Source of the DNA: an uncultured Gemmatimonadales bacterium
GTDB taxonomy: Bacteria > Gemmatimonadota > Gemmatimonadetes > Gemmatimonadales > Gemmatimonadaceae
DNA: 64,000 nt
Reading direction: 5' to 3'
Assembly: GCA_963793305.1 (NCBI GenBank)
Contig: CAWBZV010000003.1
Coordinates: 352,001 to 416,000 of the forward strand
The notes under the pieces were generated by a model. That model saw only the letters and a list, made by a program, of their open reading frames with translations. It made no database searches and was not told where the DNA came from. A program made the position numbers and the translations under genes. Position 1 is the first letter of the stretch. Each line of letters starts with the position of its first letter. Positions 50,052 through 58,535 of the stretch are shown piece by piece.

Positions 50052-50924
50052 GTGCAGAGACTACTCATAATTGCGGCCTCGCTATCGCTCGCCGCATATA
50101 GCGCTACGACCGGCGTGTGGCGTAGCGCGCAGCTCGTTCCGTCCTCTCTTTCTAGGCTCGAGCGCGAAGCGCGAAGAGCCGAGCAGTTGGGTGTTCTGCG
50201 CGTATGTGCAGACCCGAACGACATGCCGGCGTCGAATGACAAACGTGAGGGTTTCGCGAACAAGATCGCCGAGCTGATGGCGAAAGACCTCGGCGATACG
50301 GTGACCTACGACTGGTGGCCGAGCCGTCGTGGCTATATCCGGAACACGCTGCGCGCCGGAAATTGCAATGTCGTGCTCGATGTCCCGGCGCAATACGAGC
50401 TCATTGCCGCATCAAAGCCCTATTATCGCTCGACGTACGTGATCGTCACCCGACGGGCCGAGCACTTGGCCCTGACGTCGCTGGATGACCCAAGACTCAA
50501 GACGCTGAAAATCGGCGTCAACTCGATCGGCGACAATTACACGCAGACGCCACCGGCGGACGCGATATCGAGTCGCGGGATCAATGCGAACCTGGTCTGG
50601 TTCACGACGTTCTACGACGACGAGCACCAGCCCGGCGACATCGTCAACGCAGTGGCCAAGGGCACCGTAGACGTTGCAGTCGTCTGGGGCCCGCTCGGCG
50701 GCTACTACGCGAAGCACGCGTCGGTGCCGCTCGAGGTGACGATGCTGCCGGACAGCGACGCCCTGACTGGCAAGCAATTCGCATTTGATCAGGCGTTCGG
50801 CGTGCGGCGCAGCGATCGCGAGCTCCTGGCGAAGTTGAACGACGTCATCGATCGTCGCCGCACCGATATCACGGCCATTCTCAATGAGTACGGCGTGCCA
50901 ATTGCCGGCAACGGAACCAGGTAG
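50052..50924 (+). CDS. xoxJ: XoxJ/MxaJ-type periplasmic binding protein
   Basis: LRVCADPNDMP, GFANKIAE, PYYRSTYV, DVAVVWGP, ILNEYGVP; directly after xoxF. Confidence 0.88.
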   Translation: MQRLLIIAASLSLAAYSATTGVWRSAQLVPSSLSRLEREARRAEQLGVLRVCADPNDMPASNDKREGFANKIAELMAKDLGDTVTYDWWPSRRGYIRNTLRAGNCNVVLDVPAQYELIAASKPYYRSTYVIVTRRAEHLALTSLDDPRLKTLKIGVNSIGDNYTQTPPADAISSRGINANLVWFTTFYDDEHQPGDIVNAVAKGTVDVAVVWGPLGGYYAKHASVPLEVTMLPDSDALTGKQFAFDQAFGVRRSDRELLAKLNDVIDRRRTDITAILNEYGVPIAGNGTR

Positions 50925-50945
50925 CCCTCGGGGGATATTGAATAC

Positions 50946-51413
50946 ATGAGCTATCGTTCGATTGCGTTACTGGTGTGTGCAGCAGGTGTGATGACGGCGT
51001 CAACTGCATGGGCTCAGACGGCCGTCAAAGACAGCCTCGGCGTCAACAACGTCGTGTACCAGGGCTGGAAGATGTTCGAGGTCTATTGCACCCGCTGCCA
51101 CGGCGAGGACGCGGTCGGCTCGAGCTTCGCGCCGGCACTCAAGCACTCGGTGGGACCCGACGGCAGCATCGACCACAAGGCCTTCTGGTTGACCGTCACG
51201 AACGGCCGACCCGGCAAGGGCATGCCGACCTGGGGCAATCTCCTGTCGCCGGAGCAGAAGGAAGATATCTGGAACTACCTCCGCGCCCGCTGCTGCGGAC
51301 ACCTGGCGCCGGGACGCCCGCACATCATCGCGGGCGCGAGCAAAGACTCGACGGCATTCCCGCCGGCCCAGGGGAACGACACGTTGTTCGTTCCTGCGTT
51401 CGTCAAAAGTTGA
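50946..51413 (+). CDS. xoxG: Monohaem cytochrome c, probable XoxF electron acceptor
   Basis: Signal peptide, CTRCH haem motif, GMP distal Met; position after xoxJ. Confidence 0.75.
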   Translation: MSYRSIALLVCAAGVMTASTAWAQTAVKDSLGVNNVVYQGWKMFEVYCTRCHGEDAVGSSFAPALKHSVGPDGSIDHKAFWLTVTNGRPGKGMPTWGNLLSPEQKEDIWNYLRARCCGHLAPGRPHIIAGASKDSTAFPPAQGNDTLFVPAFVKS

Positions 51414-51416
51414 TCC

Positions 51417-52139
51417 ATGCGCCGCCTCGCGCTCGTGCTCGCCCTCGCCGCCAAAGCGGTCGCGGCGCAGCCGATGACGCGCGAGGCGGTCGCGCATGCC
51501 ATCGCTGGCGGTAGCGCGGATCATCCCGCGGATCTCTCCGGCCGTGATCTCAGCGGCCTCGATCTCACGGGTCTCAATTTCTCACGCGTGAAGCTCCAGA
51601 ACGCGACGCTGGTGGGCACGAGGTTCACGCGCGACACGATGTTCGCGGCCGATCTCTCCGGCGCGCACGCGCACGGCGCGAACTTCGATGGCGCCGTGCT
51701 CGACGTCGGTGTGTTTCGCGGCACGGATCTCACCCAAGCCTCGTTCCGCGGGGCGAGCGTCTACGCGGTCATCATGATCGGCGCCGATCTCTCGGGCGCC
51801 GACCTCACGGACGCGCGGCTCATCGGGACACTCGTCGACTCCAAGCTCGTTGGGACCAAGCTCGTCGACCTCAAGGGCGGCGCCGACATGCGCAATCAGC
51901 CCATGGGGCTCATGCGCACCGATCTCACCGGCGCGGATCTCTCCGGCGCCGATCTGACCGGCGCCAACCTGCAACACGCTCGACTCGTCCGCACAAACCT
52001 CACGAACGCCACGCTGACTCATGCCGACGTCACGAACGCCAATGTGAACAGCGCTATCTTCCATGGCGCTCGCGGGCGTGATAGCATCATCGGCTGGAAC
52101 AAAGCGCTGAACACCGACCAAGCCATACTGGATCACTAA
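51417..52139 (+). CDS. Exported pentapeptide repeat protein
   Basis: Signal peptide; ADLSG/ANLxx repeats; internal GADMRNQPMGLMR. Confidence 0.9.
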   Translation: MRRLALVLALAAKAVAAQPMTREAVAHAIAGGSADHPADLSGRDLSGLDLTGLNFSRVKLQNATLVGTRFTRDTMFAADLSGAHAHGANFDGAVLDVGVFRGTDLTQASFRGASVYAVIMIGADLSGADLTDARLIGTLVDSKLVGTKLVDLKGGADMRNQPMGLMRTDLTGADLSGADLTGANLQHARLVRTNLTNATLTHADVTNANVNSAIFHGARGRDSIIGWNKALNTDQAILDH

Positions 52140-53102
52140 TGAAAGTCTTTGTGTTGATCGCCTTGCTGGCCCCGGCCGTGGCGGGGGCGCAGCGACTCTA
52201 CGCCAGCAACGAGGGCGGAAATTCCGTCACCGACATCGATCTCAAGACCAACACGGTCATAAAGACATTCCCGGTCGGCAATCGACCCCGTGGCATAGCG
52301 TTGAGTCCCGACGGAAAACGAGCCTACGTCACCCTCGGCCGCGACGACGCGCTCGCCGTGATCAACGTCGACAAAGACACGGTGATCGAACGTCATTCCG
52401 GCGAACAAAGACCCTGAGCAAGTCGCGCTCAGCTTCGATGGCAAGGTGGCCTTTGTCTCCAACGAAGACGCCGCTGCCGCCAGCGCGATCGATCTCGCGA
52501 CGAAGAAGATCATCTGGTCGGTCCCGGTCGGCAAAGAACCCGAGGGTGTCACCGTCGCCCCAGGCGGCAACCGTGTCTATATCTCGAACGAGAGCGACAG
52601 CAGCGTCACGGTCCTCGACACGAAAACGGGAAAAGAGCTCACGACTTTCCGGGTCGGCGCCCGCCCGCGGTTCATTGCCTTCGCCCGCGGTGGTGGTCGC
52701 GCATATGTGACCGCCGAAGCAGGTGGGAAGATGACGGTGGTCGACGCACCCGTGAACAGAGTGCTCAAGACCGTCAGCGTCGGCGACAGTACCCGTCCCA
52801 CCGGGATCGCGATCTCGCCGGACAACTCCACCGTCTACTTCGCCAACGGCAAGGCAAATAGAATCACGGTCTTCAGCGCCGCCGCACTCGCCATCACCGA
52901 CACGATCCCGGTCGGCCAGCGCCCCTGGGGCGTCGCGTTGAGTCCCGACGGCAGGACCCTGTATTCCGCCGACGGGAGATCGAATCAGATCTCGGTGATC
53001 GATGTCGTGCACAAGAAAGTCGTGCGCACGTTCCCTGTCGGCGAGCGGCCTTATGCGCCGCTACTGATTCCCGCCGGTCACCCGACAGCGCCCCCGCCCT
53101 GA
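52139..53102 (+). CDS. YVTN-type beta-propeller protein, frameshift near 52395
   Basis: Signal peptide; repeated VG..P.GIALSPDG..YVT units. Confidence 0.85.
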
Positions 53103-53106
53103 CCGA

Positions 53107-53382
53107 TCAGGTACGCCGGCAGTCGTTGACGATTGGCGGCGTGTTGTCGCAGGCGATCGACTCGTTCATGCCGTGGGCGATCGTACCGCAGGCCGTCGTG
53201 TGCGCCGAGCGGCTCGCCTCTTTCACGTTCGCGGCCGAGGCGTCGGCGCAATTCTGATTGCCGTGGTAGGCGACGCAGACGTGGCACTGCGCCGCTTGCG
53301 CGGTCATGGTCGACCAGAAGAGATAGCCGAAGAAGGCGAGCGCGATCGCAATGCCGAGCGGGAGACGCAGGGATTTGCGCAT
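53107..53382 (-). CDS. Small membrane-anchored six-Cys protein
   Basis: MRKSLRLP.. hydrophobic helix then CHVC..C..C..C..C; starts 1 bp after the upstream stop. Confidence 0.7.
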   Translation of the reverse strand: MRKSLRLPLGIAIALAFFGYLFWSTMTAQAAQCHVCVAYHGNQNCADASAANVKEASRSAHTTACGTIAHGMNESIACDNTPPIVNDCRRT

Positions 53383-53383
53383 G

Positions 53384-55075
53384 TCAGTGAGCCTCGATGG
53401 GTAATTCGGCATGTGCCGCATACTCGGTCCAGGACCCGTCGTAGACTCTCACATGCGGGTACGCGAGCAGGTCATGCAGCACAAAATAGATGTGGCTGGA
53501 CTCCAACCCGCCATTACAGTACGCGATGACGTCTTTCTCGGGCGTGACCCCCTGGGCTGCGTATGCCGCGCGCAGCGTGTCCAAATTCTTGAACACGTGC
53601 GATAACCCCGACTCGAGGTCGCCAGCCCAGTAATGGTTGATGGCGCCCGGAATATGCCCGCGCCGCATCTGCGCCCCTGCTTGCCCGGCGTACTGGTCCG
53701 GCGGCCGTGCGTCGACCAGCACCGTGTTCGCCGAGCGATGGACGACGTCATCGAGCGTGGCGCGATCCGGATGGAACTCCGTCGCAGGGAACACACCCGA
53801 GACCGCCGCCGGATACGCGCGCTCGACCGGCCGCTGCTCGAGCTCCCATTGCTGGAATCCGCCGTCCAGCACCGAGACGTGTATCCCGAACCCATCCATG
53901 ATCCACGCCACGTACGTCGCGTCGATGTTGCGCGTGTCACCCGCGCTGTACACGACGACCGGCCGCCCTGGCCGAACCCCGAGTCGCGTATACAGCGCCA
54001 CGTAGCTCTCGCCGGGGAGCAAGAGGTTCGGCACTCCGCCGGCGAACGAGCGGAGTGTCTCCGCGTTCAGGTACACCGCGCCGGGAATGTGGCCGGCGAG
54101 ATACGACGCGATGTCGGTGCGCACGTCGATCACCGTCACCCGTCGGAGAGTCGTCGCCAGGCTCTGCGTCGACATGAGCCCCGCCGGTCCCGTGGGGATC
54201 AACCCCTTCTCTATCTCCTCGTAGATCCGCACCGCGTTCCGTTGCCGGCGCGAGGCCAGCGACACGGGACGCCCCGAGTCCGGCGGCGGCATATGCGCGA
54301 GCACACGGCTCAACGGCGTGTTGTTGTTGACCGCTAAGGTCATCGCGACCTGCGCCGAGTCGAGGTACCTCCGTGTGAGCGAGAGCTGCGCGCCCGGATC
54401 GCGAGCGATGCGACCGTGCCCGGGCACGACGACGCGAGCGCGCAGCGCCGCGAGCCGGTCGGCCGCATCGAGCGCGCCGTACGAGCTGCCGTCGACAACC
54501 ATCGTGACACCGTCCTCGACGACGAGGTCGCCCGCGAAGACCACGCCCGCGTCCGGCAGCCATACCGCGAGATCAGCCACCGTGTGCGCGTCCGGCGGAT
54601 GGATCACATCGACCCGTCGGCCGCCGAGGACGAGCGTCGTGTCGTGCGTGATCGGGATGTCAGGTGTATCCGCGAACGCAAAGCCGGTGAGCTCGCGCAC
54701 GCCGACCACCTGGTCCCACGCCGACACGAGCTCGTCATCCCCGCCTTCGGCCGCGAGCATCGTCCGATCAGGGTGCGCGATGACGCGCGCGCCGAGTCGC
54801 TTGAAGACAATCGCGCCGAACGTGTGATCGGGATGGTGATGCGTCAGGATCAACCAGCGTATCGGCGCTTGCGTCACCGTGCGAATGCCAGCCACCATCC
54901 GCTTCGCCTGATACGGACTGCCGCCGGCGTCGATGACGACCACGCCGCTGTCCGTCACCACGAATCCAGCGTTCGCTCGGCCCTCGGATCCCCGGCCGGT
55001 GTCGCCCGGTATCGCGTAGACGCCGTGCGCGAGTGCGACGATCGGGAAGGCGAGCGCGACTAGCTGAATCGCACG
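53384..55075 (-). CDS. MBL-fold metallohydrolase fused to tandem-rhodanese sulfurtransferase (start uncertain)
   Basis: NAGFVV, THHHPDHTFG, AHT, FAGDL, VPGHG; then YLAGHIPGA, LDGG, LVDAR, GHIPGA, AYCNGG, VYDGSWTEY. Confidence 0.85.
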   Translation of the reverse strand, partial: RAIQLVALAFPIVALAHGVYAIPGDTGRGSEGRANAGFVVTDSGVVVIDAGGSPYQAKRMVAGIRTVTQAPIRWLILTHHHPDHTFGAIVFKRLGARVIAHPDRTMLAAEGGDDELVSAWDQVVGVRELTGFAFADTPDIPITHDTTLVLGGRRVDVIHPPDAHTVADLAVWLPDAGVVFAGDLVVEDGVTMVVDGSSYGALDAADRLAALRARVVVPGHGRIARDPGAQLSLTRRYLDSAQVAMTLAVNNNTPLSRVLAHMPPPDSGRPVSLASRRQRNAVRIYEEIEKGLIPTGPAGLMSTQSLATTLRRVTVIDVRTDIASYLAGHIPGAVYLNAETLRSFAGGVPNLLLPGESYVALYTRLGVRPGRPVVVYSAGDTRNIDATYVAWIMDGFGIHVSVLDGGFQQWELEQRPVERAYPAAVSGVFPATEFHPDRATLDDVVHRSANTVLVDARPPDQYAGQAGAQMRRGHIPGAINHYWAGDLESGLSHVFKNLDTLRAAYAAQGVTPEKDVIAYCNGGLESSHIYFVLHDLLAYPHVRVYDGSWTEYAAHAELPIEAH

Positions 55076-55386
55076 TCCACCGTCTGGTGGTATACGCCAC
55101 CCTTGTTGTCTTTCCAGGTGACGGTCACTGGCGCTTCTCGCGTGGCCTTGAGCGGGAACGTCACGGACGGGTCCCGGCTCACGCCCAACGTCCACTCGAA
55201 ATGCGCGATCTGCTGATCGCCATACATCACGGTAACGTCATTGATAAAGAACGCCGGGATCGGCTGACCTTCCGCCGTGCGAAAGAATCCCGTGTCCATT
55301 GGATGCTCGATGATGGCGCGCACGTAGATGACGTCACCGTTCGTGACCGACGCTGGGAGCAGCACGCGCGCGTCGCCGGTGGCCAT
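55060..55386 (-). CDS. soxZ: SoxZ-like sulfur carrier subunit
   Basis: VRAIIEHPMDTG, IPAFFI, GVSRDP, WKDNKG; ATG overlaps SoxY stop (TGATG). Confidence 0.8.
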   Translation of the reverse strand: MATGDARVLLPASVTNGDVIYVRAIIEHPMDTGFFRTAEGQPIPAFFINDVTVMYGDQQIAHFEWTLGVSRDPSVTFPLKATREAPVTVTWKDNKGGVYHQTVDVRFS

Positions 55387-55815
55387 CAGCCGCAACCGTT
55401 CAGGGTCACGAACACTTTCTTGGCCGAGACATATAACTCGCCGGTATTCATCTCGGCGATTGCCCGAACGTACGATGTGCGCCGCATCTCTGATGCGCGT
55501 GTCGATCGACGGGACGCCCCAGAATCCCGCGACATAGATATCAGGATTGTGGTCGACGATCACGTGGAACGCCTGCACGTGGTGATCTGGCGTCTGTGGC
55601 AGATCCGTCTCGAGAAAGATCGGCACGAACCGACCGTCAGGCGCGTTCTCGGGAATGTCGAACTGGACGTGCGCTTTCGTGAGCGTGCGGTCGCCGAAAC
55701 GCGCCTTCAACACGCGCTTGACGTCCTCCGTCATCTCGTCATCGTCCGGCCCATGGCCGAGCATGAGCCCGGCTACGCTCGACCCAGTTAAGGCCAGAAA
55801 GGCGCGACGGTCCAT
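55386..55815 (-). CDS. soxY: SoxY-like sulfur carrier with Tat signal, frameshift near 55488
   Basis: MDRRAFL twin-arginine; PENAPDGRFVP, VDHNP, TRIR; removing one base gives MRRTSYVRAIAE..VFVTLNGCG-stop. Confidence 0.8.
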
Positions 55816-55893
55816 GAAATACAAGCTAAGGGCGCGGGACTTGCGCCACAAAGTGCCGGTCAACTCATCCATTAAGAAACGGAGACCGAGATC

Positions 55894-56178
55894 ATGAGAC
55901 TTACGCCCTTTGCCGTCGTCGCCCTTGTCCTCGCGGTTGCTTGCAGTGGCAACAAAGACAACGCGGCGAATCAGCCGGCGACGACTACGGATACGAGCGC
56001 GGGCGCGATGAGTCCGAGTACGACTCCGCCGGCGTCGCCGAGCACGCCAGCCGCGTCGACTCCGGCCACGCCTGACACGACGCAGATGGCGGCGCCGGCG
56101 CCAACGCCGGACACGAGCATGAAGAAAATGTCAGGGAAGAAGCACAAGAAGTCGGGCTCCGACACAACTATGCACTAG
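55894..56178 (+). CDS. Small Pro/Thr-rich lipoprotein with basic tail
   Basis: GGAG RBS; lipobox AVAC; low-complexity body; MKKMSGKKHKK tail. Confidence 0.7.
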   Translation: MRLTPFAVVALVLAVACSGNKDNAANQPATTTDTSAGAMSPSTTPPASPSTPAASTPATPDTTQMAAPAPTPDTSMKKMSGKKHKKSGSDTTMH

Positions 56179-56202
56179 CACTTCCCCGGTCGCGGCGACC
56201 GC

Positions 56203-56862
56203 TTACGGTTGTTGGTCGCCGCCGCCCCCGACTTGTTGCGGAGCACGCTCATATCCCGGCTTCATAGCCGGAGTGAGATTGCCGGGTTTCTGCTTGGCGA
56301 CTTGCGTATTGGAATCAGGCGGCGCGGTCGATGCGATCGCGTCCGGCGGTAGGTACTCGGCCGGATAGTAGAACCGAAACGACCGCTTGTCGCACTGAAT
56401 GACGCCAAACGCATCACGCCGGCGCACCAGCTTCTCATAGTCGTCCCGACTCGGCTGACAACTATACGCGTTGAGCCCGCCGAGCTTGCACGTCTCGACG
56501 TCGTCGCCCATGCAGGTCGTGGGCGTATGAACGTGGAGCTCCGGACTCCCAGAGGGGCACTCGAAGTCCGCGGAGATCGGTGTCGCGCTCGTGACGTCGA
56601 CATTCTTGATGGCGAACACACGAAACACCGTGTCGTCCTGAATCGGCGGCGTCTTCGACACGTGATACACACCGTACGACCAGTCGACGACGCAGTACGC
56701 GCGCTCGACTTGCTTGGGGTTCATGTCATCCCACGCAGCGAACAGCTGCTTGCGCGGTCCGTCCATGACGACGCCAAGTCGCACCGCCTGTGCTCTCAAG
56801 GTCGTGGTCACGCAGACGGCGGCAAGCAGCGCGACCACCCCCGACCCCCCCGTACGTGTCAT
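56203..56862 (-). CDS. Exported Cys-rich hypothetical protein with JAB/JAMM-like motif
   Basis: Signal peptide; VERAYC, LHVHTP, QPSRDD. Confidence 0.55.
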   Translation of the reverse strand: MTRTGGSGVVALLAAVCVTTTLRAQAVRLGVVMDGPRKQLFAAWDDMNPKQVERAYCVVDWSYGVYHVSKTPPIQDDTVFRVFAIKNVDVTSATPISADFECPSGSPELHVHTPTTCMGDDVETCKLGGLNAYSCQPSRDDYEKLVRRRDAFGVIQCDKRSFRFYYPAEYLPPDAIASTAPPDSNTQVAKQKPGNLTPAMKPGYERAPQQVGGGGDQQP

Positions 56863-56874
56863 TACCCGTTCCCC

Positions 56875-57528
56875 TCAGAAAGCTTCGTGCCGAGGTTCGT
56901 GGAGCGCGGTGGCTACCAGGGCTCCGTCGCATCCGAGATCGGTCAGGCGCGCGATGTCGCTCCTGTCCCGTACGCCTCCCCCCACGACGAGTTCCACTCC
57001 TAAGGTCGACGCTCGGACTGCCTGGACCGTTACCCAGTCGAGCCCAGCCATTGACCCAACGCGGGCCAGATCCAGCAGTATGACCGCCGTCGCTCCTTCG
57101 CTCACCGCCCTCGTCGCCAGATCCGCCGGCTTCTCACCTCCGGCCAGTGGCCGGCCAGCCCGAAGATCGAGACTGAATGCCGCCCCTGACACCTCCTCCC
57201 AGGATCTCATAGTCTCCAGCCCGACTATCGGTCGGACATTGGGCGCCACTCGAAGCGTAGGGCGACCTGCGTCCAACCAGACGGGTGCACCGAGCGCAGC
57301 GAGGTGCCCGATAACAGGAGACAAAGGCGCGCCGGCAATGGCATCCAGATCAGCCACATATATTTCCGGCACCGGATACCGCAGGTACGCCCGCGCCAGG
57401 GCGACCGGATCGCCTTCCTCTCCAGCCCCGAGGAGCGCCGATCGCACGGGCGCATAAGCGTCCCGCTTCCCGCCCCGGGCGTGCACGGCGCGGCCACCCG
57501 CGAGGTCGATCACACCAATGAGTCGCAT
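56875..57528 (-). CDS. HisA/HisF-related TIM barrel protein (Orf17-like of H4MPT/methylofuran clusters)
   Basis: MRLIGVIDLAGGRAVHA, YVADLDAI, WLDAG, FSLDL, ILLDLARVGS, GGGVR, LVATALH. Confidence 0.82.
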   Translation of the reverse strand: MRLIGVIDLAGGRAVHARGGKRDAYAPVRSALLGAGEEGDPVALARAYLRYPVPEIYVADLDAIAGAPLSPVIGHLAALGAPVWLDAGRPTLRVAPNVRPIVGLETMRSWEEVSGAAFSLDLRAGRPLAGGEKPADLATRAVSEGATAVILLDLARVGSMAGLDWVTVQAVRASTLGVELVVGGGVRDRSDIARLTDLGCDGALVATALHEPRHEAF

Positions 57529-58535
57529 AGTTATCGGGTGGGACATCGGAGGCGTGAACACCAAGGTCTCCCGGGTAAACGCCGAGACCGGTGTCGTCGC
57601 CGTCCGCTCCCGCCCGTATGAAATACAACGGGACCTCAACGCGCTCCCAGGGCTTCTGACCGCCCTCGCCAGCGAGGTCGGCGGCACCCCGGACGATGCG
57701 CACGCCGTCACCATGACGGCCGAGCTGTCGCAGGCCTTCCGGACCAAGCGCGAAGGGGTCGCTTTTGTATTGGATGGCCTCGCAGCCGCCTTCCCCGGCT
57801 CCCGCATCGCGGTGTTCACGACCGACGGCCGCTGGCTGACCGTCGAGTCCGCGCGCGAGGAACCGCTCGCGGTCGCCGCCGCGAACTGGGTTGCCGCCGC
57901 CCACGTCGTGGCTGCCCACGTCCGCGACGCCATTCTCGTCGACATCGGCTCGACCACCACCGACATCATCCCGGTCGACAACGGCCGGGTTGCCGCGATC
58001 GGCCGCACCGACCCCACCCGACTCCTCTCTGGCGAGCTTCTCTACCTCGGCGCCGTCCGCACACCAGTCGAAGCGATCGTCCACTCCGTGCCCCTCGGCA
58101 CCGGGTGGGCCGGCGTCAGCGCCGAGGGGTTTGCGCTCGCTGGCGATGTCCACATTCTGGAATGGTCGCCTCTTGAGCGAGCAGTACACCGCGCCCACGC
58201 CCGACGGCAGGGCGGCTACCCGACCGTACGCCGGCGAGCGTCTCGCACGTGTCGTCTGCGCCGATCGCGAGATGCTCGATACCGCGGCACTCGACGCCAT
58301 CGCGGCCTACGTCGCCGACGCGCAGATCGCGCGGACGGCCGAGGCCATTCGACGCGTGCGGGAGCGGCACCCGAACATCGAGATCGGAGTCGTGGCGGGA
58401 CTCGGCAGCTTCATCGCCGACGCCGCCTGCCAGCGTGCCGGTCTGCGTGTCATGCCACTGGCCGAGCTCCTTGGCGCTGCCGCCGCCGAGTGCGCGCCCG
58501 CGGCCGCCGTCGCCCTGCTGCTCGCCCGCGCGTGA
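57518..58535 (+). CDS. Hydantoinase/oxoprolinase-family H4MPT-linked C1 protein (MfnF/Orf9-like), frameshift near 58158
   Basis: IGWDIGGVNTK, AVTMTAEL..F.TKREGV, AAANW, VDIGSTTTDIIP, GELLYLGAVRTP, then TPDGR, RLARVVCAD, APAAAVA. Confidence 0.85.

Noticed and set aside
53384..55815. Canonical Sox thiosulfate oxidation system
   Set aside because: No soxA, X, B, C or D in the window; context is quinoprotein dehydrogenases.
55060..55872. Fused SoxYZ protein
   Set aside because: One-base correction restores a SoxY ending NGCG-stop overlapping the SoxZ ATG.
56875..57528. Histidine biosynthesis hisA or hisF
   Set aside because: No other his genes nearby; motifs and neighbours fit the C1-cluster HisA-related family.
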